IMG/VR virus record: IMGVR_UViG_3300049198_000021
Location: 1 to 64,000 of that record
From: a virus
Lineage: Duplodnaviria; Caudoviricetes
Direction: 5' to 3' (one strand)
DNA length: 64,000 nucleotides
The notes beneath the pieces were generated by a model. The model was not told where the DNA came from. It ran no database searches and saw only the letters and a list, made by a program, of their open reading frames with translations. Positions 62,801 to 64,000 of the stretch are shown here, one piece after another. Numbering within the stretch: position 1 is the first letter of the stretch; each line of letters starts with the position of its first letter. Made by a program: the position numbers and the translations under genes.

Positions 62801-64000
62801 CCACGCCTCGTGTTTCAAACGGTCGTTGTCCCGTTCAAGAGACATTCCACGGTCGGTAGCCAGCCCAGCGGTCTCAGCCAACCACGCATTGCGTTCCAGC
62901 AGCGGTGCTTTGATGTCCTCTTCGAACTGTGCGAAGACTTCGGCCGTCGTCCGGAAACCCTTACGCTCGCGGATCGTCTTGGCGACGCCGTGTTGGTTAA
63001 GGAACTCGTAGAACTTGGCGGCAGCTTCGATGGCGGCTGGCGACGGGGTGATCATGCTTCGGTCTTCATGTATTTGTTGGCGATCGACAGGACGCCATCC
63101 CAGTCGGCGGAATCAAAGTATTCTTGGATGTCGCCTGCATCTTCCAACTGCTCGGGCGGGATGTCGAAGACGCCCTGCTCGGCGAAGTATCGCACGCAGT
63201 CCTGCGATGCCGTCTCAGCCAGCCCGGCCACGAAGTAGCGCTCGGTCTCGGTCATCAAAGCGCCGATGACGCAAGGGGCGGAATAGAGGCACTTCCCCAA
63301 CTCGGGATCGCATTGCGCCAGCAGTTCCGGGGTGAGGTTGTTGAGGTCGATCTTGATCTTTGTCATGGGCTTCTTTCTCTTTTACGATCCCAGTCGGACC
63401 AGTTGCAATACGAGATCACATCATCCCATGAGATATGATCAGCTTGAATTTGTTCGATACGTGATCGGTCGGTGAACAATCCGAACAACCACTTACGTTC
63501 TTTGATAACACTCACCTGATCGGTTGGTGTGACAGGGCAATTAGGTCCGCTGTGTTTCTTCCACTCAGGTCCCACCATTTTCATCCTCCACCGGCTCGGG
63601 CATGTAGGCGATGATCTTGGCCGGGAGTTTGCCCGGTTGGTTGGGTCCGCGCTTCCCGGTCCATCGGGCACTCACCCACGAATCCGCCCGCCAGATGTGT
63701 GCCGGCCAGACAGAGCCGTCAGCCAGCATCACCGCAGGGCGTGTGTGACCGGGCACCGGGCAAGGGCCGAGTGTGTGTTCGGTCCAACCATCAGGGATGG
63801 GGTTGGGGTTGTTCACACAGGATCGCTTGCGAACATATAAGGTGTTGCACCATGTCGCTGCTCGAAATCATCTTCCGGAAGACCGTGGTCGAGGAGATAA
63901 CGGATGCGCTTGGCGGCACCATGCGGGGTGTTATCCACCACGGTCCACTGGCTATCAAAGCACCACGCCCATTCCTCGGGCGCGAGTTGGAAAGCCTTCT

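Larger units (their letters stand above)
54120..64000 (-). other. block of ~25 further small hypothetical CDSs (e.g. 55555-55779 region, 55842-56129, 56897-57184, 57386-57760, 57757-58296, 58293-58580, 58643-58912, 58905-59537, 59534-59857, 59854-60273, 60588-60986, 61377-61964, 62163-62606, 62606-63055, 63052-63366, 63363-63578, 63565-63816)
   Basis: ORF chain with ATGA overlaps; last ORF runs off the window. Confidence 0.7.

Noticed and set aside
1-64000. Alternative genetic code, or naming a specific phage
   Set aside because: Conserved enzymes translate full-length with code 11 and no suppressor tRNA was found; identity cannot be established without a database search.

Overview
64 kb segment of a large tailed dsDNA phage infecting an alphaproteobacterium, probably a sphingomonad or caulobacter. 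Evidence for the host: GapR, a permuted two-piece tmRNA, an MHDIR-type SerRS and alpha-type sigma70 promoters. No capsid, tail or integrase genes were recognised. + strand 1-13.6 kb: a cluster of 13 tRNAs (several with non-canonical folds), an 8/4 tRNA-like RNA, tmRNA, several candidate structured ncRNAs, an HslV-like peptidase, primase-helicase, RtcB, an SPFH-like protein, GapR, holin-like proteins and a metallophosphoesterase. - strand 13.6-64 kb: about 130 mostly small accessory/early genes, including NAD salvage (Nampt plus NadM-Nudix), PTH2-like, BCS1-like AAA, SLOG, NADAR-like, RNA ligase, nucleotidyltransferase, thioredoxin-like, PNK, exoribonuclease, a truncated class II aaRS core, SerRS and a Sie gp17-like protein. 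About 18 copies of a ~60-bp promoter/palindrome/GANTC-hairpin/RBS element divide this region into modules. The most novel-looking signals are: (i) this dispersed cassette-heading element with a shared palindromic operator; (ii) a set of tRNA-mimic and re-architected tRNAs together with phage aaRS pieces and RNA-repair enzymes; (iii) an M-K-stop minigene leader in front of rtcB. All protein calls come from motif recognition by eye; no database search was run.
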